Assembly (NCBI GenBank): GCA_041178085.1
Contig: JBEGVZ010000048.1
Location: forward strand, 1-56,332
Length of the DNA: 56,332 bases
Source: Pseudomonadota bacterium
Lineage (GTDB): Bacteria; Bdellovibrionota_B; Oligoflexia; Oligoflexales; RGVZ01
Reading direction: 5' to 3'
In this document: one piece after another, positions 27,134-35,450 of the stretch
Layout: each line of letters opens with the position of its first letter
Position numbering within the stretch: position 1 is the first letter of the stretch
Translations under genes and position numbers: made by a program
The notes under the pieces: generated by a model
Seen by the model: the letters and a program-made list of their open reading frames with translations, nothing else
Database searches by the model: none
Told to the model about the DNA's origin: nothing

Positions 27134-28861
27134 TCAGCGGACCTCCTTGAAGAATACATAGTCTGCAAAGCGTTCTGTCAGGCGCTCTACCCGCTGGGCG
27201 GAGGGGAAAGCACGGGTGACCGTGATCTGGAATTTTTTCTGGTCGAATGAGTATTCTTCCATCGAATCGTTTCCGTTGGTCACCAGCAACAGGCTTGCCC
27301 CAACCTGGGTGTCGGTTGCCAGGTTCCACCTGACCCCGGCCTGCAAAACCATTCCAGAGTCGTCACGACGGCAGAGCGCTGGCTGGGTGTCAATGGTTGT
27401 GCTGCCGGTGGAGCGTTGTCCAGTATTGCAGTTGCCGTTAATCCTGACGCGCGGCAAGGCGTATGAATCCTGGTAAAGGCCGGCCAGAGCGTTGAACGAC
27501 AGGGAAGAACTGAGGCGGTAGTCCGCCTCACCGAAAAAGCCCATGCGTTTGAAGTCGAGCCAGTAGTCGTTGAAGATGAACTCGTAAAGGAAGAACTCTC
27601 CCGACATGGTCAATTGGTTATTGAGCAATGAGTGAACGTGGCTGACGCCGAAACTCATCACGTTGTCGTTTGCCCCGAACAGCGTGAAAGTCTGATTGGA
27701 GAGGTCTTGAGTCTCTGCGTTTATTTCTTTCCTCATGTACAAATAGCCGGTTGTTCTGGATCCCGGGACGAATGTGGTGCCGATCCACGGGATCAGGATC
27801 GTTACGTCATTGATGTTGAGGGTGCTGCGCAGGTCGCCTTCTTCTGCTCCCGAGAAAAATTGTGATCCAATTTTTGCGATTTCATGCCGGCCGAAGAGGC
27901 CTGCATCGACGTTGTTGGCAATGTTGCCGCGAAAATCCCCGAACAGGGTATGGCGGCGCTTCAACAGGTCAAACCGGAACGGGAAAAAACGGGGGTCGGC
28001 AGGATTCTCGAAGAATTGCAGTAGCCGGGAGTCAGTGGTGTAGTAGTTCTGCCGGTAGATATAACCACCCGAGGCCGATTTTGTCCCTTCCCTCCATGGG
28101 CCTACTCCGATGCCGGCGTTGGCAAGGATCGCGTATTCAGTGTCCTGGCTGGGTTCGAGCGGCTTGGCCGGATCATCCGTTGGGTCCATGTAGTCGGATA
28201 GCAGGAAGCTGAAGCCGGTCTGTACAAACCAGAAATGCGGATAGTCCAGCAGTGAGCGCTTTGAGTTGCGGTAATACAGCTTCTCGACGTCCGGCTTTTC
28301 GATGCCGGGCGCGGGTTCGTTGAATTTTCCAGCGAGTGCGCTGGCAAGGAGCTTGTCTGCCTGCTGGCGATAGGCGCCAGCGGGGAAACGCTGGGTATAC
28401 TGCCGGAACAAGGCGATCGTGCGGTCCACGTTGCGTGCGCGGAACTCAAGGCTCGCCAGTTCGAACAGTGCCTTGCTGCCCGATTCATCGGTTGCCAGTG
28501 CTGCCTGCTGCAACCAGTAACGCGCAGACGGGAACTTGGAAGTGGCCTCATAGGCAAGGCCAAGATAAAGGGAATTAAGCGAGCTCTCCCGTATCTTTCC
28601 CGCCGAGTACAGGAGGGGTTTGATTGCCTTCGCAGGCATTCCGTTTAAATAATAGGCCACGCCAAGCTTGTGCCATGCGACAAAGTCGAACCTGTTCTTT
28701 TGCAGGCGGCGGGTCAGGGCCTGGATGGTCTGCATGCCGTTGCCGGAATCTGGCGCGCTGTTCCCGGAGTTCGCAAGAGCGATTCCCCAGTCACCAGGGG
28801 TGTGGCGGGGTGACGCAGTAAAGGCTATAATCGATAGCAGTATTTTCAGGCATCTATTCAA
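27134..28861 (-). CDS. Exported TPR protein with a predicted outer-membrane beta-barrel
   Basis: Signal peptide; TPR motifs (WHKLGVAYY, LYLGLAY, ALFELA..FP.G); amphipathic aromatic beta-strands in the C-terminal two-thirds. Confidence 0.65.
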   Translation of the reverse strand: MNRCLKILLSIIAFTASPRHTPGDWGIALANSGNSAPDSGNGMQTIQALTRRLQKNRFDFVAWHKLGVAYYLNGMPAKAIKPLLYSAGKIRESSLNSLYLGLAYEATSKFPSARYWLQQAALATDESGSKALFELASLEFRARNVDRTIALFRQYTQRFPAGAYRQQADKLLASALAGKFNEPAPGIEKPDVEKLYYRNSKRSLLDYPHFWFVQTGFSFLLSDYMDPTDDPAKPLEPSQDTEYAILANAGIGVGPWREGTKSASGGYIYRQNYYTTDSRLLQFFENPADPRFFPFRFDLLKRRHTLFGDFRGNIANNVDAGLFGRHEIAKIGSQFFSGAEEGDLRSTLNINDVTILIPWIGTTFVPGSRTTGYLYMRKEINAETQDLSNQTFTLFGANDNVMSFGVSHVHSLLNNQLTMSGEFFLYEFIFNDYWLDFKRMGFFGEADYRLSSSLSFNALAGLYQDSYALPRVRINGNCNTGQRSTGSTTIDTQPALCRRDDSGMVLQAGVRWNLATDTQVGASLLLVTNGNDSMEEYSFDQKKFQITVTRAFPSAQRVERLTERFADYVFFKEVR

Positions 28862-28890
28862 CGGTTCTGCAACCCTTTCGGGGGTGGATC

Positions 28891-29793
28891 GTGGTCAACG
28901 TGCCCTGTGCAGGAATCCACTTGTCCGGGCCTAATGCCAGCAAGACAGCTGTCGTTGTCTTGCGCGCTACCGGCGATCTGACTTTCTCCGCTCTGGAACT
29001 GGTCAGAGTATATGAAAAGATTGGATCTTTTGGCAGCTTGTTTTCGGACGAGCGCTTGATTTCCATCCTTTCCTCAGAGGGGCCTTTGGCCTCTGTTTTC
29101 GTCGATTGCCCGCTGACGGCGCCGCCCTGCGTTGACTGCAGCCGTCCTTCCTGTCCAGGCGCCGTGCGGTGTGAAGATGTCGGAGTGGCCTTCATGCTCT
29201 CTGTGGCGAACCGGCATCTTGCCCGGGGCAAACGCAAGTCGCGACCCGTCAATCCGCAAAGCCAGAGGCTTTGGGACGTAGTCCAGATGAGTGCAGGGGA
29301 GTCTCGGATCCCGGTGCGCACGGAACCGACTTATAGTTCGAACCACGCACCTCTCGTAGTCCGCGCCAGGACCTTGCAACGCCGTTTGAATAGCCTCGGC
29401 CAGAAAGGCTTTGAGCTGCGGGAGACAAATGTACCGGCGGTGGTTGAATTGCTCTCGGAACGTTATCTGCCCGGCTCGGGTGCGGCCGCGGGGGGATTGC
29501 CGCCCGCAGCAGCTTTCCGGTCCTTTGAGCACGGTCTTGGATTCCGCCAACAGATGGTGGACGCCTTTCTTGAATGCGGCTTTCTCATAGCGCCTGAAGG
29601 GACTGACGGGGCCAATCTTGACGCTGCAGCCGATGTGGTGGAGTCGTTATCAGCTTCGGTAGAAGTCTTCCAGGCGCTGGTGACCGCGATTGTTGCAGTG
29701 TTACACTCCGGCCATCTGACCTTCCCTCCGGTTGCAGGTTTTGAACAGGCGGGCGGAGGATGGGTTCATTTGCCTGATTTTGGTAAATTCTGA
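28891..29793 (+). CDS. DUF429-like RNase H-fold protein with Cys-rich insert
   Basis: GIHLSG..KT, VFVDCPL, CVDC..SC..C, LRET. Confidence 0.55.
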   Translation: MVNVPCAGIHLSGPNASKTAVVVLRATGDLTFSALELVRVYEKIGSFGSLFSDERLISILSSEGPLASVFVDCPLTAPPCVDCSRPSCPGAVRCEDVGVAFMLSVANRHLARGKRKSRPVNPQSQRLWDVVQMSAGESRIPVRTEPTYSSNHAPLVVRARTLQRRLNSLGQKGFELRETNVPAVVELLSERYLPGSGAAAGGLPPAAAFRSFEHGLGFRQQMVDAFLECGFLIAPEGTDGANLDAAADVVESLSASVEVFQALVTAIVAVLHSGHLTFPPVAGFEQAGGGWVHLPDFGKF

Positions 29794-29820
29794 AAAACAA
29801 ACTTGAAGGTCACGGATATT

Positions 29821-29844
29821 CGCGCTTTCTGTGGCGCGGTTTTT
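29821..29844 (+). terminator. Weak intrinsic terminator after the DUF429-like gene
   Basis: CGCGCT-TTCTGT-GGCGCG then GTTTTT. Confidence 0.4.
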
Positions 29845-29885
29845 CATTTCGGGAACTGCCACGCCGGCCAACTCCCTTTACCCCG

Positions 29886-29912
29886 TAAAGACTCTCCCTG
29901 GATTGCCGAAAC
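29886..29912 (+). promoter_or_regulatory. Putative sigma28 (FliA) promoter for the PP2C operon
   Basis: TAAAG-N14-GCCGAAAC versus consensus TAAA-N15-GCCGATAA. Confidence 0.65.
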
Positions 29913-29972
29913 TCCGGACACGGCAAAAGATTTTGCCGGGACGATGATTTTTTGTCGTCCCTTGTCCGGAGG
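29912..29972 (+). promoter_or_regulatory. Structured three-way-junction leader overlapping the PP2C RBS
   Basis: Outer stem CTCCGGACA/TGTCCGGAG enclosing CGGCAAAA/TTTTGCCG and GGACGA/TCGTCC; GGAGG at 29968-29972. Confidence 0.55.
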
Positions 29973-29977
29973 CAGTT

Positions 29978-30727
29978 GTGCAGATCAGGATGGCCGGATT
30001 CACCGACGTAGGTCGCCGGCGAAAAACCAACCAGGATAGCCTTTTCTTTGACGAAGGCCACGGCATCGCTGTCGTTGCTGACGGCATTGGCGGGCGAAAG
30101 GGCGGGGAAATTGCCTCGACACTGGTTGTCGAAGGCATGCGCGATGCCTTCCTGCGCTCCGACATGATCCGTCATGACGAAATCACGCCATTCCTGGCAT
30201 CTGCAGTGGACTCCGTCAACTCAAACGTCTTCGGTTTCGGGCGCGTGAATTCCGGCTATGAGGGCCTGGGTTCCACGATGGAATGCCTCTTTTTCTCTGG
30301 TGACATGGCTTATGTGGCTCACGTGGGAGACAGCAGGACTTACTTGTACGAGCAAGGGCATCTTTTCCAACTGACGGTTGATCATAATGTCGAGACGTTT
30401 GTTGAGCGCGGGCTGGTTCACCGTGATTCACTGAGTGACCCAAAGGTTCGCGGTGCAGCTCTAGTGAAGGCGGTCGGCCTGGCAGCCCGCTGCGAGATGG
30501 ACATATGCAAGATCAAGCGGCGTCCCGGGCAGATTTTTCTGAGCTGCTCTGATGGATTGTCTGCGATGGTGAGTGACCGTGACATCGCGCGCCAACTTTC
30601 CGCACTGGCGACAAACAATTCGCCTGACGCGCTCCAGGACGTGGCACGCAAGCTTCTCGATTCAGCAAACGAGGCAGGCGGACGGGACAACATCACTGTC
30701 CTGCTTGCCCGGGTGGAGGTCAAATAA
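29978..30727 (+). CDS. PP2C/PPM-family Ser/Thr phosphatase
   Basis: TDVGRRRKTNQD, VADGIGG, HVGDSR, DH, CSDGL, GGRDN. Confidence 0.94.
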   Translation: MQIRMAGFTDVGRRRKTNQDSLFFDEGHGIAVVADGIGGRKGGEIASTLVVEGMRDAFLRSDMIRHDEITPFLASAVDSVNSNVFGFGRVNSGYEGLGSTMECLFFSGDMAYVAHVGDSRTYLYEQGHLFQLTVDHNVETFVERGLVHRDSLSDPKVRGAALVKAVGLAARCEMDICKIKRRPGQIFLSCSDGLSAMVSDRDIARQLSALATNNSPDALQDVARKLLDSANEAGGRDNITVLLARVEVK

Positions 30728-32085
30728 TGGCCTCTTCAAAGCTTTATCTTGTTCGCCATGAGGTGGAAAGTTTCATCGGTCCACTGACTGCTGCGGAGTT
30801 TGGTCGCAACCTGTCAAGGTTGAGCATTGGCATGCACGATGAGGTTTCAAGCCATTGCGGTCCGTGGGTTTTTATCGACGATCGCGAAAGGATGAAGAAG
30901 CACTATCCGGAACTGCTGACCCATCTCAAGGACGCAATGAGCGGCGGGTGGGTTGCGGACGCTGGTGCTTTCAAGAACGAGGCAACGATCAAGGGTTCCA
31001 TGCCTCTGACGACCAGGGAACCTGACCGTCGCATGCTTTTCGCCGCAGCCTTTTTTGGCCTGGCGACCCTTGCTGCGATCGTGGCGTGGATCCTTGCCGG
31101 TACTTCTGAGTTGTCCAGCCGCATTGTGGGTGGCAACCAGCCCGTATTGCAGGATGCTTTGAACCTGTTGAATTCCGGTCGCGACCAGGAGTTCATCAGC
31201 TACCTTGAACCTCATGCGACAGCACTTGCCGAACGATCTGGGCAGAACAAAGAGCATTTCACCAGCTGGATTCCAGTGCTGCGCGCATACGCATTCATGG
31301 GATCAGGCGAGTTGAGCGGGCTATCGGGCAAAAAATTGCGCGGAGAGGCTGGAATTGCGGCACCCGCGGACTGTTCGCTGCAGTCCTGGAAGAAACGTTG
31401 GCGAGAGGCTGCGCCCAAGCTGGCGGATCTGACTTCAGGGAAGGCGTTGCCATCGGATCACTGGGCTCGCGTCCTTGCGTGGGACCCCTGGTGGGTGCGC
31501 AGGCGCAGCCAGGCAGGTTGGCTCCGACCGCGCAACTATTATGAAGGATGTCTTGCCATGGCAGCCAAGGCGCTGGATCTGGTGATTTCGGAAGGCCAAA
31601 AGACAGCGGGGGCGGGAGCTTTGTCCGCCGCCAGGTCACGCATCGAATTCCAGCGGGCGATCCTTGCCGGGAATGCAAACTTCAACAATGCTTCCATGCC
31701 CCCAGACAATCTGGGTTTGTGGACATGCCTCGACTCTGCCGCGGATCGTCCGGCCCTTGATGCCTGCCTCGACAGGCCGTGGCAGAATTTGATGTTGAAC
31801 GATTACAACCGCGAAAAGTTTTACTGGGCGGTGTTGCGCGTGGCGGTCAACAGTCGCCGCCTGGGCGACAGGAATGCTTGGAGTCTTGTGCGCAATGAGT
31901 TGCAGGCTTTCCTGGAAAGGCGTGATTCAGGCGATTCGTTTACAAGGATTGATTATGCGGACGAACTCCGCTTTGTCGGGCGCGGTGCGGATGGTGCGTT
32001 GCCCGCGTCCTTGGACGGAACCCCGCCCATGGCGCCGTCGATGAAATCCCTGGTCGAGGACGTCCAGGTGGACATGGCCCACTGA
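30727..32085 (+). CDS. Membrane protein with an N-terminal GYF_2-like domain
   Basis: YLVRH..FIGPLT..F...DEVS..GPW; single TM; Trp/Cys-rich helical C-terminal domain; TAATG coupling to PP2C. Confidence 0.55.
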   Translation: MASSKLYLVRHEVESFIGPLTAAEFGRNLSRLSIGMHDEVSSHCGPWVFIDDRERMKKHYPELLTHLKDAMSGGWVADAGAFKNEATIKGSMPLTTREPDRRMLFAAAFFGLATLAAIVAWILAGTSELSSRIVGGNQPVLQDALNLLNSGRDQEFISYLEPHATALAERSGQNKEHFTSWIPVLRAYAFMGSGELSGLSGKKLRGEAGIAAPADCSLQSWKKRWREAAPKLADLTSGKALPSDHWARVLAWDPWWVRRRSQAGWLRPRNYYEGCLAMAAKALDLVISEGQKTAGAGALSAARSRIEFQRAILAGNANFNNASMPPDNLGLWTCLDSAADRPALDACLDRPWQNLMLNDYNREKFYWAVLRVAVNSRRLGDRNAWSLVRNELQAFLERRDSGDSFTRIDYADELRFVGRGADGALPASLDGTPPMAPSMKSLVEDVQVDMAH

Positions 32086-32086
32086 C

Positions 32087-33754
32087 ATGGCCTTTCGGAT
32101 AGAAAATGACATACCGGCAAATTCACGCTTGCTGGCGGCCGCAGTCCTTGGCTGGCTGATTGTTTGCTCTTTCGATTGTCTTGCCGCGCCTGTTGCTGGA
32201 CCAGCTCTACCCCAGCGGCAACGCACTGATCCGGTCCTGCCAATGCAGGTTGCCCTGCAGCGTGGTGACTGTGCGGGCGCTACCGCAAGGGCACGTGCGA
32301 TTCTCACATCGTATCCGCAAGGTAGTTTTGAGGCAGCGCAGGCTCACCTGGTAAACGGGACATGTCTGCTCCGCGCCAAACGCTGGTCTGCGGCGCAAAG
32401 GGCTTTCCGCAAGGCGCGACCGCTTCCTCCCCGGTCAGCGCAGTATCGCAGGCGCCTGGAGAAGTATGCGGCTGACCGGGAGCGCGAGCAAGCAAGGTCG
32501 TACAGTGCGACGACTGCAAACAGCTACTGGAGTCCTGTCGGGACGATGCCGCAAGCACCTGTGATCATGCCCGTGGAACCGGGCTACGGTCGCATTGCTC
32601 CACGTCCTGCACCAGCGGCCAAACCAGCGCAGAAAGCCGGCGGGTCAAGCTTTTCGGCAACCCCGGCTTATTCGAACACGCAGGTATTTTCGCACAAGGA
32701 TTACCATGGCCTGCGCACAGGGTCGGGAAAGACCCAGACGAGGGAATTCAAAGTAAAGCTTCAGGCCCAGTCTGAGTCGCCGGTCAAATCAGCGGGTGGC
32801 GCGATGTTCACCTTGGGGCTGCCCGTCGAGCTGAAACATTCGATCATTAATTCGACCGGGGAGGAGTTTGGATTTTCCCGTGATGAGGATAACCCGGACA
32901 CGGTTCTGGGAAGCACTAAAGTAACGACCAGTCCGACTTCCACGGCGGTCACCATCAATGCTGGCCCCGGGGTTTCCTTGCCGTTTTCGTCCTCTGTGGA
33001 ACTTGAGGGCACGTACAATTACACGCTGGTGCTACCTGATTTCAAGACAGATGAAAAATCGACGCGTCACAAGCCAGAGGCGTCCATCAATGCGGATGCT
33101 GGTGCATGGACCTTTACCGGGAAGTTGGCGTTTGACGAGAACTTCAACAAAAGCGACGAATTGCAGTCCAGCTCCACAATTTTGACGGGAACGGCTTCTG
33201 CACCAGTAGGCAAGGCGGTCGTGAATGTTTCGTTGACGCAGACTTCAACGGATGTGCCAGGGGCAATCCGCCCAACGAGCAACACAGCGGCATCAAGCCT
33301 TGCGGCCAACGGATCTGCAAAGTTCGACGGTGAGTCAATTGATTTCACGCTTTCAGCGATTTACTTGGCACTTGAACGATTTCCCGACGCGCCGATCCGG
33401 GCGCCTGGTGAAGTGATGGGTGCAGCTGCGTCCATGGATATTCCGTTTGGGATTTTTTCTATCGGAGGTTCTTTTGGTTTCAAGAGCCTGGCGGATCTGC
33501 GCCAGACTTACAAGACCAAGGATGCGGATGGGAATGATTCAACGCAAGAAGTTATCGCCGAGGGTGACCAGACTGGATTTTCGGGGAATTTCAAAGTTAC
33601 TGCTGTCAAGTGGCTGTCGCTGTCCACTGAATTTGTGAAGACAACTACCAAGTGGCAGACGAATAACTCTGTCGCGCAAAAAGATTTTCTCAAGGCCAAC
33701 CCCGATCAAGAGGGATTGACTACGATCAATGCGACGCTTTCATGGCAGTTCTGA
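32087..33754 (+). CDS. Exported TPR + beta-barrel outer-membrane protein
   Basis: Signal peptide; TPR-like AHLVNGTCL..A..AFRKA; beta-strands; C-terminal TLSWQF beta-signal. Confidence 0.7.
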   Translation: MAFRIENDIPANSRLLAAAVLGWLIVCSFDCLAAPVAGPALPQRQRTDPVLPMQVALQRGDCAGATARARAILTSYPQGSFEAAQAHLVNGTCLLRAKRWSAAQRAFRKARPLPPRSAQYRRRLEKYAADREREQARSYSATTANSYWSPVGTMPQAPVIMPVEPGYGRIAPRPAPAAKPAQKAGGSSFSATPAYSNTQVFSHKDYHGLRTGSGKTQTREFKVKLQAQSESPVKSAGGAMFTLGLPVELKHSIINSTGEEFGFSRDEDNPDTVLGSTKVTTSPTSTAVTINAGPGVSLPFSSSVELEGTYNYTLVLPDFKTDEKSTRHKPEASINADAGAWTFTGKLAFDENFNKSDELQSSSTILTGTASAPVGKAVVNVSLTQTSTDVPGAIRPTSNTAASSLAANGSAKFDGESIDFTLSAIYLALERFPDAPIRAPGEVMGAAASMDIPFGIFSIGGSFGFKSLADLRQTYKTKDADGNDSTQEVIAEGDQTGFSGNFKVTAVKWLSLSTEFVKTTTKWQTNNSVAQKDFLKANPDQEGLTTINATLSWQF

Positions 33755-33940
33755 AGATTGTAGCTTTTCCACACTCATCCGGGTTTCTTCAAGCCGCGCT
33801 TTCAGGGCCTGGATGATTTCACGGCCACGCTTCACCTTGCCGGTGACTTCGTCAAGGTCTTGAGTGCTCTGTGACAAGTCCCGAACGATGGCTTCGACCT
33901 CTTCAAGCATTTCCTGATATTTTCTCGATTCCTTTGTCAC
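33740..33940 (-). CDS. xseB: Exonuclease VII small subunit
   Basis: YQEMLEEVEAIV..L..DLDE..RG; directly downstream of xseA. Confidence 0.85.
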   Translation of the reverse strand: MTKESRKYQEMLEEVEAIVRDLSQSTQDLDEVTGKVKRGREIIQALKARLEETRMSVEKLQSSELP

Positions 33941-33964
33941 CCTCAGGGTCCTTTCCCGTTGCTT

Positions 33965-35392
33965 TTACTTTTTTGTCTTTGATGCTTCCGCGCCAGTGGT
34001 TCCGGCGACCTGCAGTGTGGCATGTCCGTCTTTCAGCCTTGCCGTGACCACCATGCCCGGGGTCAGCGACCTGATGCTGTCGATCGTCTTTCCATTAGCC
34101 GCGAGCCGAGTCCAGCCTTTCTCGAGCCACGGTGACGGGTCCAGGCCAGCCAGGCGGGCCTCAATGTTGGCAAGGTTGGCAGCGATTGCTGCCAGCGCAC
34201 GGGCAGCGGATGCATGAAGGCGCCCCTCGAGCATGGCGAAAAGTTGAAGCTGTTGTTTGCTCAGCCGTTCCATCACATTTTGCAGGCTGATTCCGGCCAG
34301 TTCGATTCGTTGCCTGGCAGCAAGGAACAGGTTCAGGATGTGCTGGGCTGCCGCCGTCGGCGTTTTCTCGCGCGAATGGCAGATTTCCTCTGCGACGCAG
34401 GTGTCGTCGTGGTGGCCGATTGCCGCGATCACGGGTACCGGGCAGTCGGCGATCGCATAGGCCACTTCTGGTGTGTCAAACCAGCGTAAATCGGCAGCGG
34501 ACCCGCCCCCGCGTGTGATGACCACCACATCGCAACCGGCTTCAGCGAGTGCGGTCAGCGCCCGCGGTACGGCGGTCTTGACTTCCTCACCTTGGGTGGC
34601 GGCTGCGGCGAATAACACGGAACCAGGAAATCCACCGGACTCCAGCTGGTGCAGGAAGTCGCTCTCCGCACGGCTGCCATCGGCGCTGACAAGGCCGACT
34701 TTGAGGGGGAATGCGGGCACTGCAAGCATCTTGTTTTTGCGATCAAGCCCTTTGGCGCGTAATTCCTTCAGCAGCTTTTCCCGGGCAAGCGCAAGCGCCC
34801 CTTGTGTGAAAACCGGGTCAACATTTTCGATGGTCAGAGAGAGCTGCGCCCTGTCCTTATAAAATCCCACACGGCAAAGGCAGCGTACCTGGATGCCATC
34901 CTGCAGGATCTGCCTGACGGTGTCCTCGCCGTGAATGCGGGCCATGAATTCGAGCGCCGTTGGCCAGATTGTCGCCTTGACGCTCAAAGACCCCGTTGAT
35001 TTTGGCTCTGCAAGATTCAGAAAAATACCTTGAGGGCGGACCGCCAGGTTCTCAATTTCGCCGATCACCCAGACTGGCGCCGGGAAGCCCGTTGTGATTG
35101 TCCGGTGGACCGCATTGACCAGGTCACGGATGGCGATTCCACGCTCGTCCTGTCCCTTGCTGGTTGGGTCTTTGCCGTCCGGGGTGGCAATTCCAGCATC
35201 CGGCGCAGCAATTGATGGACGTTGCCCCGCCATTTTCTGAACCATTGTCAGGGTGTCGTCGCTGAAGGGAATCTGCCAATTCTTGAAAACACCATCGTAG
35301 CGGCCGCCAAGCGCCTTGATCGCGTCCCGGTGACGGTAGGTGTCGCCGAACACGATGATCAAGTTTTCTCTGACAGTAAAATGAAGACCCAT
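33965..35392 (-). CDS. xseA: Exonuclease VII large subunit with an extra N-terminal domain
   Basis: VWVIGEI OB fold, RGGGS..DL..F, AIGHHDD, TPTAAA, LKDG; start ATG 35392. Confidence 0.9.
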   Translation of the reverse strand: MGLHFTVRENLIIVFGDTYRHRDAIKALGGRYDGVFKNWQIPFSDDTLTMVQKMAGQRPSIAAPDAGIATPDGKDPTSKGQDERGIAIRDLVNAVHRTITTGFPAPVWVIGEIENLAVRPQGIFLNLAEPKSTGSLSVKATIWPTALEFMARIHGEDTVRQILQDGIQVRCLCRVGFYKDRAQLSLTIENVDPVFTQGALALAREKLLKELRAKGLDRKNKMLAVPAFPLKVGLVSADGSRAESDFLHQLESGGFPGSVLFAAAATQGEEVKTAVPRALTALAEAGCDVVVITRGGGSAADLRWFDTPEVAYAIADCPVPVIAAIGHHDDTCVAEEICHSREKTPTAAAQHILNLFLAARQRIELAGISLQNVMERLSKQQLQLFAMLEGRLHASAARALAAIAANLANIEARLAGLDPSPWLEKGWTRLAANGKTIDSIRSLTPGMVVTARLKDGHATLQVAGTTGAEASKTKK

Positions 35393-35450
35393 ATTTCCAC
35401 GGGTTAGCACAGCGATTGACGTCCGTCAGCCGCATTTCGTCTGACGTGGA

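Noticed and set aside
29918..29945. GGCAAA...GGGACG resemblance to the c-di-GMP-I riboswitch
   Set aside because: Lacks the GNRA tetraloop, the GCAAAG junction and the receptor helix; kept only as an unclassified structure
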